From NCBI GenBank assembly GCA_965644265.1, contig OZ286470.1, forward strand, positions 10,416,001 to 10,480,000: a stretch of DNA of 64,000 bases, written 5' to 3'. Of this stretch, positions 11,901 to 27,838 are shown piece after piece (positions within the stretch are counted from its first letter, which is position 1; every line of letters begins with the position of its first letter). The translations under genes and the position numbers were made by a program. The DNA is from Glycera tridactyla (taxonomy: Eukaryota). The notes under the pieces are model-generated. The model did not search any database and had not been told where the DNA came from. It saw nothing but the letters and a program-made list of their open reading frames with translations.

Positions 11901-14900
11901 GAGTGTGTATGGGGGGGGGGCTGGGCGAGAAAGAGCAAGTGAGACATATAGACAGTTGGACAAAAAGACAAAAAGACAGACGGACAAACAGACAGACAGA
12001 CAGACAGACAAACATTGCTTACCTCGACAAGGTAATGAGTGATGGGAGAGCCTCCGTCGTCTTTCGGTGGGTTCCAAGTCAGGTGGCATCTGTCTTTAAA
12101 TATACCCACCACATCCAAAGGTGCGCATGGTTTGCTGGGACGATCTGCCAGGAACAAGAAGACAAATCAATATGATTACAATTTCATACAAAAGCTTTTC
12201 CCCAAAAAATCACATTGGCAGCTGAGCATCATGAGGGCTAGAAATATATCATCCCAAGATGACTCATATATTGTGTAATGAGTTTATAATCCCTAAATAC
12301 GATATCAAAGGTGTAGCAGTATTGCACTTCAAAGAGCTGTCATTACATCAAACAATGAATCTTATATCAAGGGTAATTGGATGTTTAATTGACCAAATAT
12401 CGACATGTATGCACAGTTAGTTTATAAATCCCAAATTCCTCTCATACATACAAGAACAGACTGATGTACACATACTAATTTCATTGATTATCTGATCATA
12501 CTTATAGGATGGACAGAGACACTAATATGCTAGTCATGGTTCACCAAAATATCAGCTACAAGAGTGGTATATTCCGTTGTCATGCAATAAGCATAGACAT
12601 GGTTCATCTTTGGATCCTATTTTTCGAAGGGTTCACAAAGTTTCATTTCAAGTGCAGGAAAAGCAGACCAGTATCGGAGACTGGGAATACATTGAATCTC
12701 TAGCCTTTTGGAAACTGTGAAATTATAGACAATTAAAAGAGCAAACAATAAGGAAGAATACTCACCGAGCACAATGAGCTTAATTGGCACAGTTTCTTTG
12801 CCAACATTGTTCTCGAGTTCGAGTTCGTAGTCACCACCATCACTACGCTGTGCACTCTTCAGTTTGATGCGTGACCACTCAGGGCTACGTGACACATCAA
12901 TGTTGTCACCCATTTTAGCTGGGTCCAGATCTTTGCCATCCTTCTTCCAGCGAGATTCTGGCATTGGCGAGCCTGTCAAAAGTCACCAGATACATTCAAA
13001 TACCGTCCCATGATTATCAGACAAATACACCGAGGACATCATATGTTGGCATACATCCTGTAAGTTCCATGTTCATGAATATATTTATCATGTGATCAGT
13101 GTGTGATTTCCCAAATTCGATGTTGATCATTCAATTCTCAATCTATGAGGTACTTCTCTACAGGAGGTCACAATGGTCTCTTCAGATCTGCATTGATAGT
13201 TTCTGAAGTGGAATTATTTTTTATTTATATCCGGAGGACGAATTTGTACTTACAGATTGGTAATATCGGGGTTGTCTCTGCTCTTTTCATTAGACAACCC
13301 TCACAAACCTCTGCTCGCGAAATATCCCATGAAGTGTGGTTAGACACATTCACACACAGATAAAGGTTGTGTACACAATGAGGTAGCACGATCACAATAA
13401 TTTTTGGAGAGATTGTGATTGCAATTCTAGTTTATATTCGATCAGAGTTGGTGAGAATGCAGACAAATTGGACAAAACACACACTGATTGTCGTCAACAC
13501 TGTTACACAGATTAGAACAGGAAGTCAATAGAAGGTAATTGAATGACACTGTTTGAACTTGACATGAGAATGTGGGTGATGAACGAACAAGGGATGGAGA
13601 GACATAGAACAAACATTTGATCTTTGTATCAGTCCGCTGGCTAGGTTCCGAAGCTCCTTGGGATATATTCCATACCTTTTCGTCGATATATCCCGAGGAA
13701 ATGGTAACCCACCTGAAATCCAGGCAACATGACCCTAATCGTGGATGGGATTAAATAATTGGAGAGCCATCCCAAAGGACCATGTCAATTTTTTTTGTTT
13801 GCTTTCAAGCATTTTCAATACTGGATATATTATACAGTGATGTCAAAGGTCTCCCAGAGACATATCCTTCATTTTCCAATTCATTGGAAAAAGTCTACAT
13901 GAACAGTCATATTTCCCGAGTAATGGGAAACAACTCCAGAAAAATCATGTGCCATAGTGAGTATTGCCTAATTCTTACACTTCATCAGAGGGATGGGTGT
14001 GTTTCTCCATTCTCATTCATATCTGAGTTGCTGATGAGTAACATATTCTATGGAATTAACTAGACTGTGACTATTATGCTTTCATCCCTCATAAAAAAAA
14101 TCAAGGAAAAATTCCCGAGCGACATAAAACTGAGATTCTATTTTATGTATGGCATGTATGGCATTCCATATTGAATAGAAAACTGCAGTGGTCCACATCT
14201 CACTGGGGTCCTCCTTCAATTATTCTGCTATCCAAGAAACCAACAGTGTCTGAGACATGCCATAATTTTCATGAAGACAGAGGTCTTTCATAGATCAGAA
14301 GGGCAGATGTTAGGCAAACCCACAAAGTGAGGCATGCACAAGATAGTGTTGCAGTTCTCCAAAAGGGTTCCCAGTCGACAGAAATATTTGGTGCATTGTG
14401 CTGATCACATATAATGAATTTCATGAAGGCCAAATGGATATGATTATGGCATCAGATTTCAACCGATCTGGGAACGTACTAAATTTACTAATTGCGAACA
14501 CTGCAATGCACATGTATTTCCAGATGATTGAGATACAGCTAGGTGAGAAAATCATTGGATGCATAAGAATTTTATTCAGACAAACGATGGTGATATATTT
14601 ATAGAGGAAGAAAGAGGAAGACAGGAGAGAGACATAAAAAGTTCCATGTCATCATCGTCAACTAGAGTTGAAGAGAAACTATTGAAATTTCAGGAGGTGC
14701 TTTGTCCCATTTATGGTTTGCTTCATCAGCTTGTATGCTATATATTGAGAAGGGACATCTGTTCTAGTGTCTATATGTCAGATATTCTTCAATATTTTCT
14801 AGCAAATTATCATTTCGATGACAATCACACAGATATCTCACAGCTCAAAGATTAGTGATTGATGTTCAAATATTCTTGATGAAGAATATAAATTCACGAG

Positions 14901-17900
14901 AATGCAGACATACCATCTCAATATGGTTATTCACATAGGCTCCAGTAAATTGGTAGGTAGATACTCTTGTAAACTTTTTCCCATAATTGGACAATGTTTC
15001 CTGATTTGCACAGACATTTGACTTGTGATCATAGTATCTTAGTCATCATCATTGACTGCTGTATTCCATAAACGAAAAATGTTGGTTGATGGAAAATTAA
15101 GCGCATTGATGATGTGACATATTTCTACGTTGTTTGCAGGTAACCCCAATCTATGACATCGAAGGGTGACATGAAATACGGAGACATATAGTAATAAGAA
15201 GGTCAGGATTACATCATATCACGAATCAAGTAGAGAATGATACCTGTCACCACTCAGCCAGCTACATCTACCTTATTACTAATACTACAAGAGAAGATGA
15301 ATGATTATCATGACATACTTCCAGGAGAACCATGAAATCATGATGATAATCAAGAAATGTAGTAACCATATCTCTCCAATATCAGACATCAACGGACTTC
15401 AGACATTTATATTACCTTGACTTAAGATGAATGTGTATGGTACTGATTTCTTATCCAAGGTGATGAAAGTATATGGCTGCCTGGGCTGATGTCTTTGGCC
15501 AAGATAGGGTTAATAGATTTATATAAAATGATGCAGTTCGAGACTTTCCTATTCTGAATATCAACCATCCACAGCAATGGACATGTAATAAAATTCCTCG
15601 CCATCCAGCACATCTTCTATCATCCTAGAAGATTGATAAGAGTTCAGCAAGTGTTTCTCATACGTTTCTGGACAATCACATTGGGAGATGATTTTGATTT
15701 TGAAGTTTCACAATTATTGCTGTAGCGGCCATTCAGAATATTTTACAAACAAAGAACTCATGATAACAACATGATATCAAACTGAAGAGATGAATATATA
15801 ACAAAGACATTTACACATGGAGATCAATTCTGTTAAAATGAACATTTCTAAAAACTGATGACAAACCATATTAGAGCCGTCTTTCAAGTGAGATCACTTC
15901 GAAAGTGGTGTACAAAGACTGTCACTAGGTATGGGGGCTCCTGCTATTAAGAAAATCCCATTCTCACAGTATGAACATGACATAATCACAAAGATATGTA
16001 TGTCATCATGTATAGGATCATATTGTCATCATGGGTCCAGTGCCAAGAGAGACATAACCAGAGAGGGATCACTAGATACATCGTTATTCAATAACGATGC
16101 ACATCAGTTTCTGAAAAGAAAACGACAGACAATTGGTAACCATAACGACGGCTGTGTGGATAATGCAAGATGTGATGGAACCTATCCTATTCAGCGTATT
16201 CGAATGAAACGTTGAATCAGGGTAAGGGCAGGGAGAATAAAGTCGATCATGATGTATGAGGGAGTATAGTGTATATTTCTAAATATTTCAACATGCAGGC
16301 TAAGACATGGGTGTTTAGCGGTATGTCGTGATACTGAATATTACTCTGGCATGCAATCAACAAGTGCTAGAAGGTGAATATTGTCTGTGTTTGTGTAATA
16401 TCTGATGGTGGTGATATGTTCTATGATGATGTGTAAACTTATGGTATGATTACATCTTGGTTAATCCCAAAAGTCTGTGTTCTGGTGTTTCATATTGAGG
16501 GAAATGACAATTCTACCAATGATTATGGTAGTGTTTCTGGAGATTGTGGTGGCATTGATGATGGTGGTGGATAAACGTGGCAAATGAAGCATAATTGAGC
16601 AGGCGTATGTTCGATGACATTGTGGTGAATTGAATGCAGTCTTACATAATTGAGATGAATGGATGTGAGAGTGCATTTTTGGGTAATGGTTGGGTAATGG
16701 TCAGAAACTAAGTAAGCAGGATACAGTATTGCCGCCGTTATGGTTACAGTGTTTCAACAATTACTGGTTGTCAGTTTACTACTGATGGTCATTAGAGTTG
16801 ACAAGAAGCAAGCCGTATCGATATTGAAGTGTGCAAACTGACCGATACAGGGATGATGATGATGATAATGATCTGCATCATATGCATTCATCCCCAAGTT
16901 TGATTGCATACCTGCACATTCACACAATAAATGACCTCAGAGCACTGTCATTCTCCGTCCATCATTCATCCTCTTGAGCGGTCCAGAGGAATGAGCTACA
17001 CATTAATTCCCTTTACATTTCATTGCAGATCTTCCCTGATATTCAAAACAAGAGCTGCAATCATGTGTGATGATATATATCATACCATATATATGCTTCT
17101 CTCACATTAAATGCATCTGCTTGTCTCCATAATCATCGAAAAGAAAAGGAATTGATCCATAACCATTATTTTCTCTAGGATGAAGCATTGACTTAGATCT
17201 GAGTAGCCTTTATATGTGCAAATGTGGTACAGGCAACCAAGAAAGAGAAGGTTTAAATGCAGATGACAGTACTGTGGGTTACCCTTAGGTTGGTCATCAG
17301 GGGAGCGGTGTGGGCAATACCGCGCTTTGGCTGGGCCTGTTAATGGTAGGAAAACATACCCGTTCTAGTTAATCATGTAACAAAGTAAAGATGAAAAGAC
17401 CTGTGGTATTCCCCCCTCCAATCCTATATCATATATTCAGCTTTTTATTAATTTGATGGGAACAATCACAATTACCAACAAACTGATTCGCTGATGTCTC
17501 ATTTTCATTCTGGTAAGACCTCGACTATTCCGAACTGTCATAAAGGCAAGATTCAGAGAGGTGGTGGTATGCTGCTCTTGTGCATGGTAGATCACCTTCA
17601 CCCCAATAAAATGGCACTGTTGAGTCCAAGTGAAAAAACTTATGATGGTATCAACATGAGCTCTTCTGCATTGTTTATTATGACAAATGCATCATGAAAA
17701 CAGTCTCATAATTGAAGATTGAGGTTAGAGAGAATATTATGGAGATGCCCGATAGAGATGAAGTTATACAATGGATCAAATGACTCCTAATACTGAATCA
17801 CCAAATGCATTAGTTCACACATACCATATACTGTACAAGCACGAGTGGTGACCATGCTTCTTACAACTACGAAACTGACATGCTTCTATTGACATTTGTG

Positions 17901-20900
17901 TGGAGCCTGCACCACCATTGTGCTTTCACACGACATCTCATGTTATATTGTGGTCGCATGATGAGGATATAATCTCTTATAAACCCTGCAAATCGCCTGA
18001 GTGTGTTGCCATCACAGCCATGATGCAGAGGATTGTTTCACACATTTCAAGAAGGTGCTGAATCCGCTTCTATAAGCGTTACATAAACTTTTTTTTCAAA
18101 AAATGCTAAGATATTCCCCAACCCCATTCTAATTCTGTAGATGCCCCACACTGTATTTTGACATGTATCATCGAAGCAGACCAAGAAATTTCTTCTATTG
18201 TAAGATCTAATTTACCATGGTATATCTGTCACAGAGTGACCAAACAACAAATCCACCAGGATTGCTGGTACATCATCAACATGTTTTTGCTATCAAGCCG
18301 GATTTTCCCAGCAGTCGAACGCAGAATTTGTATGATTTATGAAAAAAAACTTTGGGTATGGATGAAGGTTAAGACATTAAACAGGGATAGGTGGGTGAAT
18401 AAAACCTGCTGTAGATGATGTAAATGATTTCGAGGGTTTGGGTAATGTAAAAAGTATGGCTTTACAAGTGATTGAACATATTGCGATAACACTTCTAAAA
18501 TGATACAAGGGAATTCAGAATATCATTTGCATAAAGGGGAACAAGTTGTATCATTTTAGCATGGTATATATCATACATTGCATACAACAATGCATATACA
18601 GTTTTATGATCATGGTGTAGCCATAAAGATGGCGAATGAAAGTTCTTGATGAATTATAAAGATTGACATGCATGTACATTGTGCAGTATGACATGAAGCA
18701 TCTCGCAACAATTTCCTGAACTACAAATAATTCAGAGCCAATCGTGAAGAGGTTGAAGAGTTCCACTGTATGACAACACTGTACATGCAAACTTCAACAA
18801 TTTCACTCGGCCTTCTGAAGAATTGTGATGAAAATGTACACAGGTGACAGTGATACAATTTGAATCGGAGATAATCCTTTAGTGTTTGAATGCTCATAAT
18901 TTATTTCCGCCCCTTCTGACTCTTAGTAATGATAACTGATATCACTGAAGAACAAAAGAGTCAATATTTTATATCAATGATTCATGAATATCTTTGTGAT
19001 TGGTAGCCATGTGAGTTCTGGGCGATACTTTGAAGTTCACTTATTTTTGATTGATGCATAATTCTATAGGTCTATTATGTTTATTTGACAGTCATTCAGA
19101 TATGCCTCACTGCATCCATTTATTGCATGTATACAACTGTCGTATGAATACATCAGTGAAAAAAGTATACGATTTTATGTTCTTGACTTCTCAAGAAGAG
19201 GAATCAATGTCACCTCCACGACCTTTGACGTTCGGGACCACCAGAGGTGCCTGTTGATATACATCACCAGGGGAAATGTAATAATATTTCCGGTGTATTT
19301 ACTGTCGACCAACAATGGAAGGCACTTATCCTGATATGAACTCTATCTTGTCAAATCATATACAATCATACTGCACATAGTACATGATGTCATACTCGAA
19401 TACCTTTCTTCGCCCCCTCCACTGCAATTTGATGTGTACATGTGTTAATATAAGTCTGTCTTCAGGCATATTGGGATATGAAATATATATATTATGAAGC
19501 AATGATCCAGTTGTGAAGCTCACAGCATATTCTCGATATTTGAAAATGCTATTCAATTCGAAGGAATCTGCAAGTTCTTGAAAAAATCTTACCTTGACCA
19601 AGGTATGGACCCAGATACAATACTTAATGCACAGGGCCCGAATGTATGCCCGTGTGTATGTATTTTCCTAGAAGTCGGATTATGCATAAGCCCATTGTTT
19701 GCTTCGTACATACAACCTGACAATGCCATAGGTATGTGCAGGGCAGTGACTAACATCGATTCCAACAATATATGGTTTCACAGAATTAACTGCTCACGAT
19801 ATGATGTGATTTTATGATCTTACAGAATGCAACTTAAGGACGATTCCATGGTGAAAATGAATAGCCAGTAAATTATAGGACTTAGCAACATATATCATGC
19901 TAAATTAAAGTTTGGCATACTTTTGATAGAAGTGAATAATCTCATCAGGTCTTTGCTATATTTGGAAGAATAGCCACATTGCACTAATTGTTATTTTGGC
20001 TAATCTAAAGGAACAGAGCCATCCGCCCTTTTTGATCCACCCTCTTCAAATTTGTATAAACCCTAGTGCATTTACCTGTGTAAGGAACTTCGATGTCGAC
20101 TGGCTTGCCGGCTCTCACAGTGATCTCACGTGGGACCTTGTCGAAGTCGACTTTAGGAGGTCTCTCAGCTGTGAATATAAGAAAAAGGTATCAGATGAAT
20201 TCTTGATTGTATATATTATGCTACAAACTTGACAATCTGGTGATGATGCATAATAGATTGAAATGGTTATTTATTGATGGAAGTGATACTCATCTTTAAT
20301 TACATTGAGTCAATCAACATTATATAGATGAGTCTGAGGGGTAAAAACTATTGCTCCCTATCATCTGAATAAATTCTTTATTTGTCGATTGACTTCTGCT
20401 TGAGATCATATCATTGAGTTTACATTTTTCAAGTAAGTTCTTGTCCATTTGAGTATTTAATATGATATTATCAATGCTTCTATGAATAAAGTTTTTTTAA
20501 AGAAACAATACATAATTTTGAGCCTAATACATTGAAGTCTGGAAGTAATTGTTACAAAATCACTGCATCCTCATTGGAACCATAGATGATATTCCAAGAT
20601 ATGCATAAATGCTCAGAGACAATGTGAGCAGTAACTCACCTTCATCGACCTTCAGTGTGCACTTGGTTTCACGATCACCAATTTTGCAAGTGTATTCTCC
20701 TTCATCAGCAAGTTTCAAATTTCCAACTGTCAATGACAATAAGCCATCGTCACCTTCCTCCGCTTTGAATCTGCATAGAAAAATGATCAGTCAATCTTTA
20801 ATATTTTCTTCTCATTCAGTTTTTACATGGAATCATAGCATTATCTCTTATGTGGAGATTCCACATCAATGGTACTAACTTCCAACTTACACCTTTTGAA

Positions 20901-23900
20901 TGTGATATAGCATAGTATCGGTGCTTTGTAATCATTCACTTACAATAACAATGTGGAATGATGAATAGATGATTATATATCCGCATGAAATATTTCACAT
21001 GGATGGAATATATATTAGTGAAAAAGTTATACCAGTCATGATTTTGCATCTCACAAGCTCAGTTTGCTAACAATTGGTTGAGAGACTCACCTTCCTTCCA
21101 GGGTAATCTCTTTGCCATCTTTGAACCATTTCACTGGCTTCTTCTGCGGATTCTTGACTTTGCATGATAATTTTGCTACCTCCCGCTCGATGTGTTTCAG
21201 GTCCTTCAACTGTTCCTTGATGATAATATCCGCTGGAAGAGTAAAATGCATTTTATTAGAATAGTTAGAACTTCTGAATTTATATGATATACTTACCTTT
21301 GAATGTATTGTGGAAGGTTTCAGTAAATGACATGGCTGCAGTGGCATTGCTCATTCATACATCTCCTAGTCATGCATGTTTTTCATTCTCATCCTTCCGG
21401 GCTAAAAGCAATATGTGCTCCCTGAACAGTCACTATTATATAAGTTCTCATTCTAAGGCTTTCACTGCACTTTGACAGGAGCGCACTCAGACTGTTGAGC
21501 GATATCACTCATAATGTGTTTTGCCAGAATACTATTTCTTTTCGGATTGGAAACAACAGTCTTTCATATTTTTGCTCTTATTAGCGAACCATTGGCGAAT
21601 GTCGACTATGGCCAACTAGACCTGTGATTTCTTATCTTCGCTCCTATGTAATGGGATGATATTGGCCATAACTGTACACAACATTCTTTGGTGAATTAAT
21701 AATAGTTTGAGATTGTAATTTTGACCATTGATTATGGTGTCAGTAGAGGGTAAAGTTATAAAGAAGTAATTGTGTAATACCTATTGTACGCTTGTATATA
21801 TATGGATGAATATTATATGGCATATTATTCGTATGATATATGGATGAATGTACCTATAAATGAATGCATAAATGTATGCATGAATCATTATTATATGAAT
21901 ACTCACGTGCAACATACAGCTTAGCTGTAGTGGATTTATCTTGCACTCGACATGAATAGAGACCCTCATCCTTGTTGGTAACACCAACAATTTCAAGTCT
22001 TCGTTTGAAACCTTCTGCGACCACCATGTATTTGACATCATAGATGTCAACTGGCTATAACAAGAAGAAGCACACTGTGTCATATTTCATATCAATCAGT
22101 GTTAAAGCAGAAACTTGCCTTCGATATGCCACACCCATCATGCAAATGCACAGTAAATCATATTGAATTAGACAAAGTATATAATAATGTGGAGTCTGTA
22201 TATTGAAACAAAAATTACTCTGGGATAAGTGACATACACGCATACCTGCATTACAGTTCAGATGAATCAGTATTCGGCATCTTATGCTGGGATACTTAAC
22301 GAAAAATAGTTTATGAACTTCCAACATGATACTTGCAGGGAATACCCAATCAAAATAGTCTGTTTGAGACGGCGATTTGAGTGAGGGGAAGTCATCCTTT
22401 CATCCAAGACACACATCGGCCTCATTTATAACAAAGTTCTTCTCTTTCGTTTCGTTGCTGATTTACTTTGTAAAAATCTCGAATTGAAAATATGATCGAA
22501 TCCAGGGTGGATTATGATGCTAGTCTGTGATTCCTTGGTAGTGACAATGTATCGCACCCATCTGATGTCAATCGTGTCTGTGTCTTTCAGGGAGACAAGT
22601 TCCCGATATTTTGGATTAAAAACTGAATTCAAGGACAAATCTGGATGCATTCAAAATATATGCTTTTTTTACCTTCTAACAAGCTTAGTAAGAAATTGGG
22701 GCCAGATGCGTCGTGATAACATAGCAAAAGGCCAAACCTAACATTTCTAGAGCATTCTACTGTTTACTTTTTGAACTGGATGACTTTTCTGATATTGATG
22801 ATTGTCGATATGCTATAAAGTGGAGAGTGGAGATATTCTGCATACTCAGAACTGCTCGAGACAGACAGTAAGTTGTGTCCGGCAGTCTCACACCTCAATG
22901 GCTATAGGTAGTATATGATCAGTGGCTACTATATCTCATTGAATAACTCTTTGATTCAATGAATATATGGGTAGCATTATTGGGAGAGAATACGTAGGTT
23001 ATGAGAGACTATGATAGCTGTTAGCATATTGATGGGAGAAGTTTCTACATTTCCTGTTTCGGAATAAGGATACAGATATTTGGGTGCAAGTCAAGTTATA
23101 GATGACCACTATGATATAGAATTTGGCAATTAGTAAACTGGCTATGTTGTTTACTAATTGTTGATGAGTGATTGAATCTACACAAAAATCGATGACGAAG
23201 TTAGTTTGCAGAGACAGGAAAGTGGTTGTCCAAGGAAAATTCGCCTATAGTCGTGCCTATTCATGAATCATAGAATGGAAAGTACCAAATCAAAACCCCT
23301 AGTGAAATATCACCCGAATAGAACATTGTCAATGTTCGTGTGATCAATCATCTTTTATATGTACCAGCAGGCATATATAGATACATCTTCAAATTCAAAT
23401 TCAAAAAATTCATATGATGTCTTCAAACAAATGCAGGAAGTCAGGCATTCACTGGCATAAAGGCAGTGTCACTTTCAAAATGCAAAAAAGCCCTTTTTGA
23501 TATCTCAACCATGCATCACAATTATGAAGCGTGGAAGATGTCTGCATTCAAGGCATTACCTTGGAGGAAAAGCAAAAATAGCGAATAATATGGTATCCAC
23601 AACCAAACAAGACAAAGATAGTTCACCAAATGTGAGACGATCGCAAACAGATACACAATGAAGTGTAGTTTGCACCATAAGGAACTTCAACAAATATAAT
23701 GACCTGATCTTGGTACCGAATTTGTTTCAGCAAACAGTAGAAGCTGTCAAGCATATAAAGCACTGTTCTGATGTGAAATCACTTTACCCCCATGTATTAT
23801 GCAGACACTTCACTTTATTGACATTTTCCCGATACCACCACACATTGTTTTATGAATATTGACATGCTACCCATCGATCACGACACAAATGACCAGGTCA

Positions 23901-26444
23901 TGTCGTGACAAAACACATCTGATATGAATATATTTCATGATTCGGTCGAACAATGTATTCAAGCACTAGTTGTCTACATGCTAACTACATACATCTAAAT
24001 CAATGGCATATATACTTTGACAGTCATGCATGCAGTCAGGATCATTCTCATTGCCATGTTCATCGAATTCATCATTAAGCATCAACTGTTTGGGAGTATG
24101 TTAGGTAAAACTAGGTAAAATATGATGCCATATCCTTCCAGGACCATAACTGAATGAGGCGAGATCAGATAGTACCTTATGTACCCAGCGTATTGATATG
24201 TCGTTCAGTTGGAAAGGAGCCAATCTGCTTGAAAATTCATTACATTGATTCTTGTGGAATGCACCAGAATTGTTGATTCTTCAAATCACAGATATTATTC
24301 AGCGAGAACCCTTTCCTGTTTTTTTCCCTCAAATTATATGCAAGAAATTAGCTAGAAATTGGATAGTAGCCACGCCATTCCACTAGTTGTTTCTCAGATT
24401 TTATGCAACGAAATAAGGGAAGGAGTAGATACCCCATCCCTCACTTTCCATTCCACACTATATTTGTTACATGGAATTATAATTCCAATGCAATATTTGA
24501 ATTGCCCAGATGGTTATAAAATACTTGAATGTAAACGACGAAGATTGTCTAATATCCAAGATCTGATCATGAAGACTCCACATATAATTTGGAGTCTAAG
24601 CATGCCTCTTGATAAATGTTTATTATTTTGCAAGAAAGACGATGAGATGAAACTGAACATGCAATATGTACAAAACATGGCAGATGGATGCCATGACAAT
24701 ACGAACGTATATGCCATTACACCACATGGCTAAGACATTCGTCAACTACAGATGCATCAGGCACAATACAGAATATTGACCCACTTACGACAAAATGGCC
24801 ATTCTGTACAATAATAAAACGCACATGACATGATAAAGTCTAACATCACATGGTAAAGCATTTGGAATTCATGATAATTGATGCAGGACTAGCTGGATAT
24901 GGTATAATGTGTATTTCAATATCGATATGATGATGGGGAGATGGAAGGAAGCTACACAATGAACACAGAAGCAAAGCATAAAAGATATGGTGACAATTAC
25001 AAGTCAAGCTCTTTCCATACTGATTGATGCTCTTGAAAACTTCTTAGTTGGTACATATTACATAGATATATAACATCCACTATGACTGCTCTTGAAAGTA
25101 GACTTGCAATTCTCAACATTAGGAATGAGGTCATAATGATATCAATGGGAAATTCAGGATAGGATTTTGCCATCGATGTGGATACGAATTGTTTCAATAT
25201 GAATTGCTCCAGTTAAACACTTAGCTTGAACGATGGAGACAATTACCAACCTGGAATTCATCACAATGACATGTAAACACCCACTCCCTCTCTCACACAC
25301 ATGTGCACACACATACATACACTTACACACAGACACACACAGACCTACACACATACTCAAACTCACAATTCTGTGGTGCATATCATTCCAACATTTTCTC
25401 ACTGAGTAATTGCAATGGCACCAAAGGTGTCACCAGTTGAATGATAGGTGATATATTTGTGAAATAAATGTCTGTCAGTGACATATATATACCGGATTTC
25501 CTCAATTTACATTTCACATGGAGCTCAACTACTCTGAGGTTCGAGGTGCTTCTTGTGAAGTAAATGATTCTGATATTTGGTTATAATGTGAAGAAGTATG
25601 TGGTGTATGTGATGTTACACATACATTATGACAGTGGTGTATGTGATGTTACACATACATTATGACAGTGGTGTATGTGATGTTACACATACATTATGAC
25701 AGTGGTGTATGTGATGTTACACATACATTATGACAGTGGTGTATGTGATGTTACACATACATTATGACAGTGGTGTATGTGATGTCACACATACATTATG
25801 ACAGTGGTGTATGTGATGTTACACATACATCTTTACAGTCGTGTATGTGATGTTACACATACATTATTACAGTGGTGTATGTGATGTAACACATACATTA
25901 TGACAGTGGTGTATGTGATGTTACACATACATTATGACAGTAATATTCTCAAAGCTTTCTAAAATGACTCAACTACATAGCATATGTCCGTGCAGGAAAA
26001 AAAAACGATTTCTAGTAATATACAGAACTAATAAAATATTACTTGAACAATGAAAACCATCTATTGATCTAGAAAAATTGCACTTTCACCACACTTGCTA
26101 TCTACTAAGTCAAAACAAAACGTAAGACATATCCTGGGATAAAAAGTGACCCCCTTCCCTTCATTTCTTGATCATTGCGGTCACATTTTATCAACATTTG
26201 GCTCTATCTTTTATAATCTCAGTAAATAGTTGGTATTGGGCAATTACTGAGATGGGGCTTTCAGGCAGCTTCTCAGTCCTGGCCTCGCACTAAATATTCA
26301 TTGTATCCCACCCTACAATAAATCTGCTCAAATTACAGTGAAATGTAAGGAAATTGTCCATATCCCAATGTCTTGCCTCCCACCCTCTCACTACTATTTG
26401 GCAGAAACCATACCCACCGTCTGTTCTCTATCATATCATGAACA

Positions 26445-26482
<38 letters not shown>

Positions 26483-27800
26483 CATCTTTGCAGATTTTTG
26501 CTTGTTTCTACTCAGGTATCTGTAAATCCCATGGAACTTCACTATCGGAGGGGGACTAGAGTAAAGGGATCTTGGATGAATCCACCTATGTGCGTTGCAT
26601 GAGTGTTTCGATATAGCTTGTTGGCTGATTCATTCCGAGGTGATCCGGGAAAACTCGGGTCAATTTCACTGGGGAATACATGACGGTCCTATGATTTAAA
26701 CTCTGATTCCGAACATGAATTTAAAGCTAATTCAAATGAACCAGTGCTTGTGTCGAAATCCAATTCGATCAACATTCAAGATGACGGTTGGATGATTGGC
26801 TGGTCGATTGGTGTTTATTTCAGCAGCACCATAGATGCACATGCAATGGACATGGATGGGACCATTCACGAGGCCTCTAGTGTCCTTAAAAAAGGGTGGA
26901 TATTCATAAATCTCTCAGACATCCGAGATGTAATTCAGGACTTCAAAACTCTATGTGACAGGTTTCTCAGCACGGGCAAAGGGTTCCATAATGGATGGGT
27001 ATGAAATAATATGAACTTATTTTGGAGGAGGACAAAACTGAGGTAAGCTCGCAAAGATGGATTTGTGTAAAAGAGGCAGTAATAGTGGCTCATTCTGGTT
27101 GCTTGGATACATACCTTCTCCTCCTTGAACCATTTGACCGTAGCGTTGACATCGTTGACCTCGGCGTAGAAGGTGGCTTTGCCCTTCTCGATAGCGTCTG
27201 TGTCACGGATGCCCTTCGTGAAGTCGTACTCGGGCTCTGAAAACAAATGCAACAATCAGTGATTGTAATCTTAGTCATATTTGAAAATAGTATGAAGGGA
27301 AATAATGACAAATAACTAGTAAATCGATCTCAGACAGATCTACCCACTTTGAATATGACAATGGTGATTATTGCCTGTCCCAGATGATATCTGCATGTAT
27401 ATTCTGAATTTGAGGATATTAGTTTCTGAATAAATATGATCATATGTCATTGTGTAGTACAGGCAAGGGTAAACTTCAACATGAGTATCATACATGTTTA
27501 TCTTATACGAACCATGGACCGTCATACTGCCATTACCGGGCTGGCTTCAGATATTCACACGAGGACCGGTATATGTAGTGAAACCTGCCCTGCCTTTATC
27601 ATACTTGTACTGTGCAAATAGTTGCCCTAGGCAATCAAATCCTATCAACTTCACCGGAAAATTCTCCAAAATAATTTACCTTCACTAAACCTGAACTCCT
27701 TCTACGCACGCACATCTAATGCTCGGGGTGAGTTTGACCATATGTATATTTATTTATTTATTCATTTAATTATTTATCTATTTATTCATTTATTTATCAT

Positions 27801-27838
<38 letters not shown>

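Noticed and set aside
25600-25941. CRISPR-like periodic palindromic repeat
   Set aside because: Units are contiguous with no unique spacers, there are no cas genes, and the context is a eukaryotic intron.
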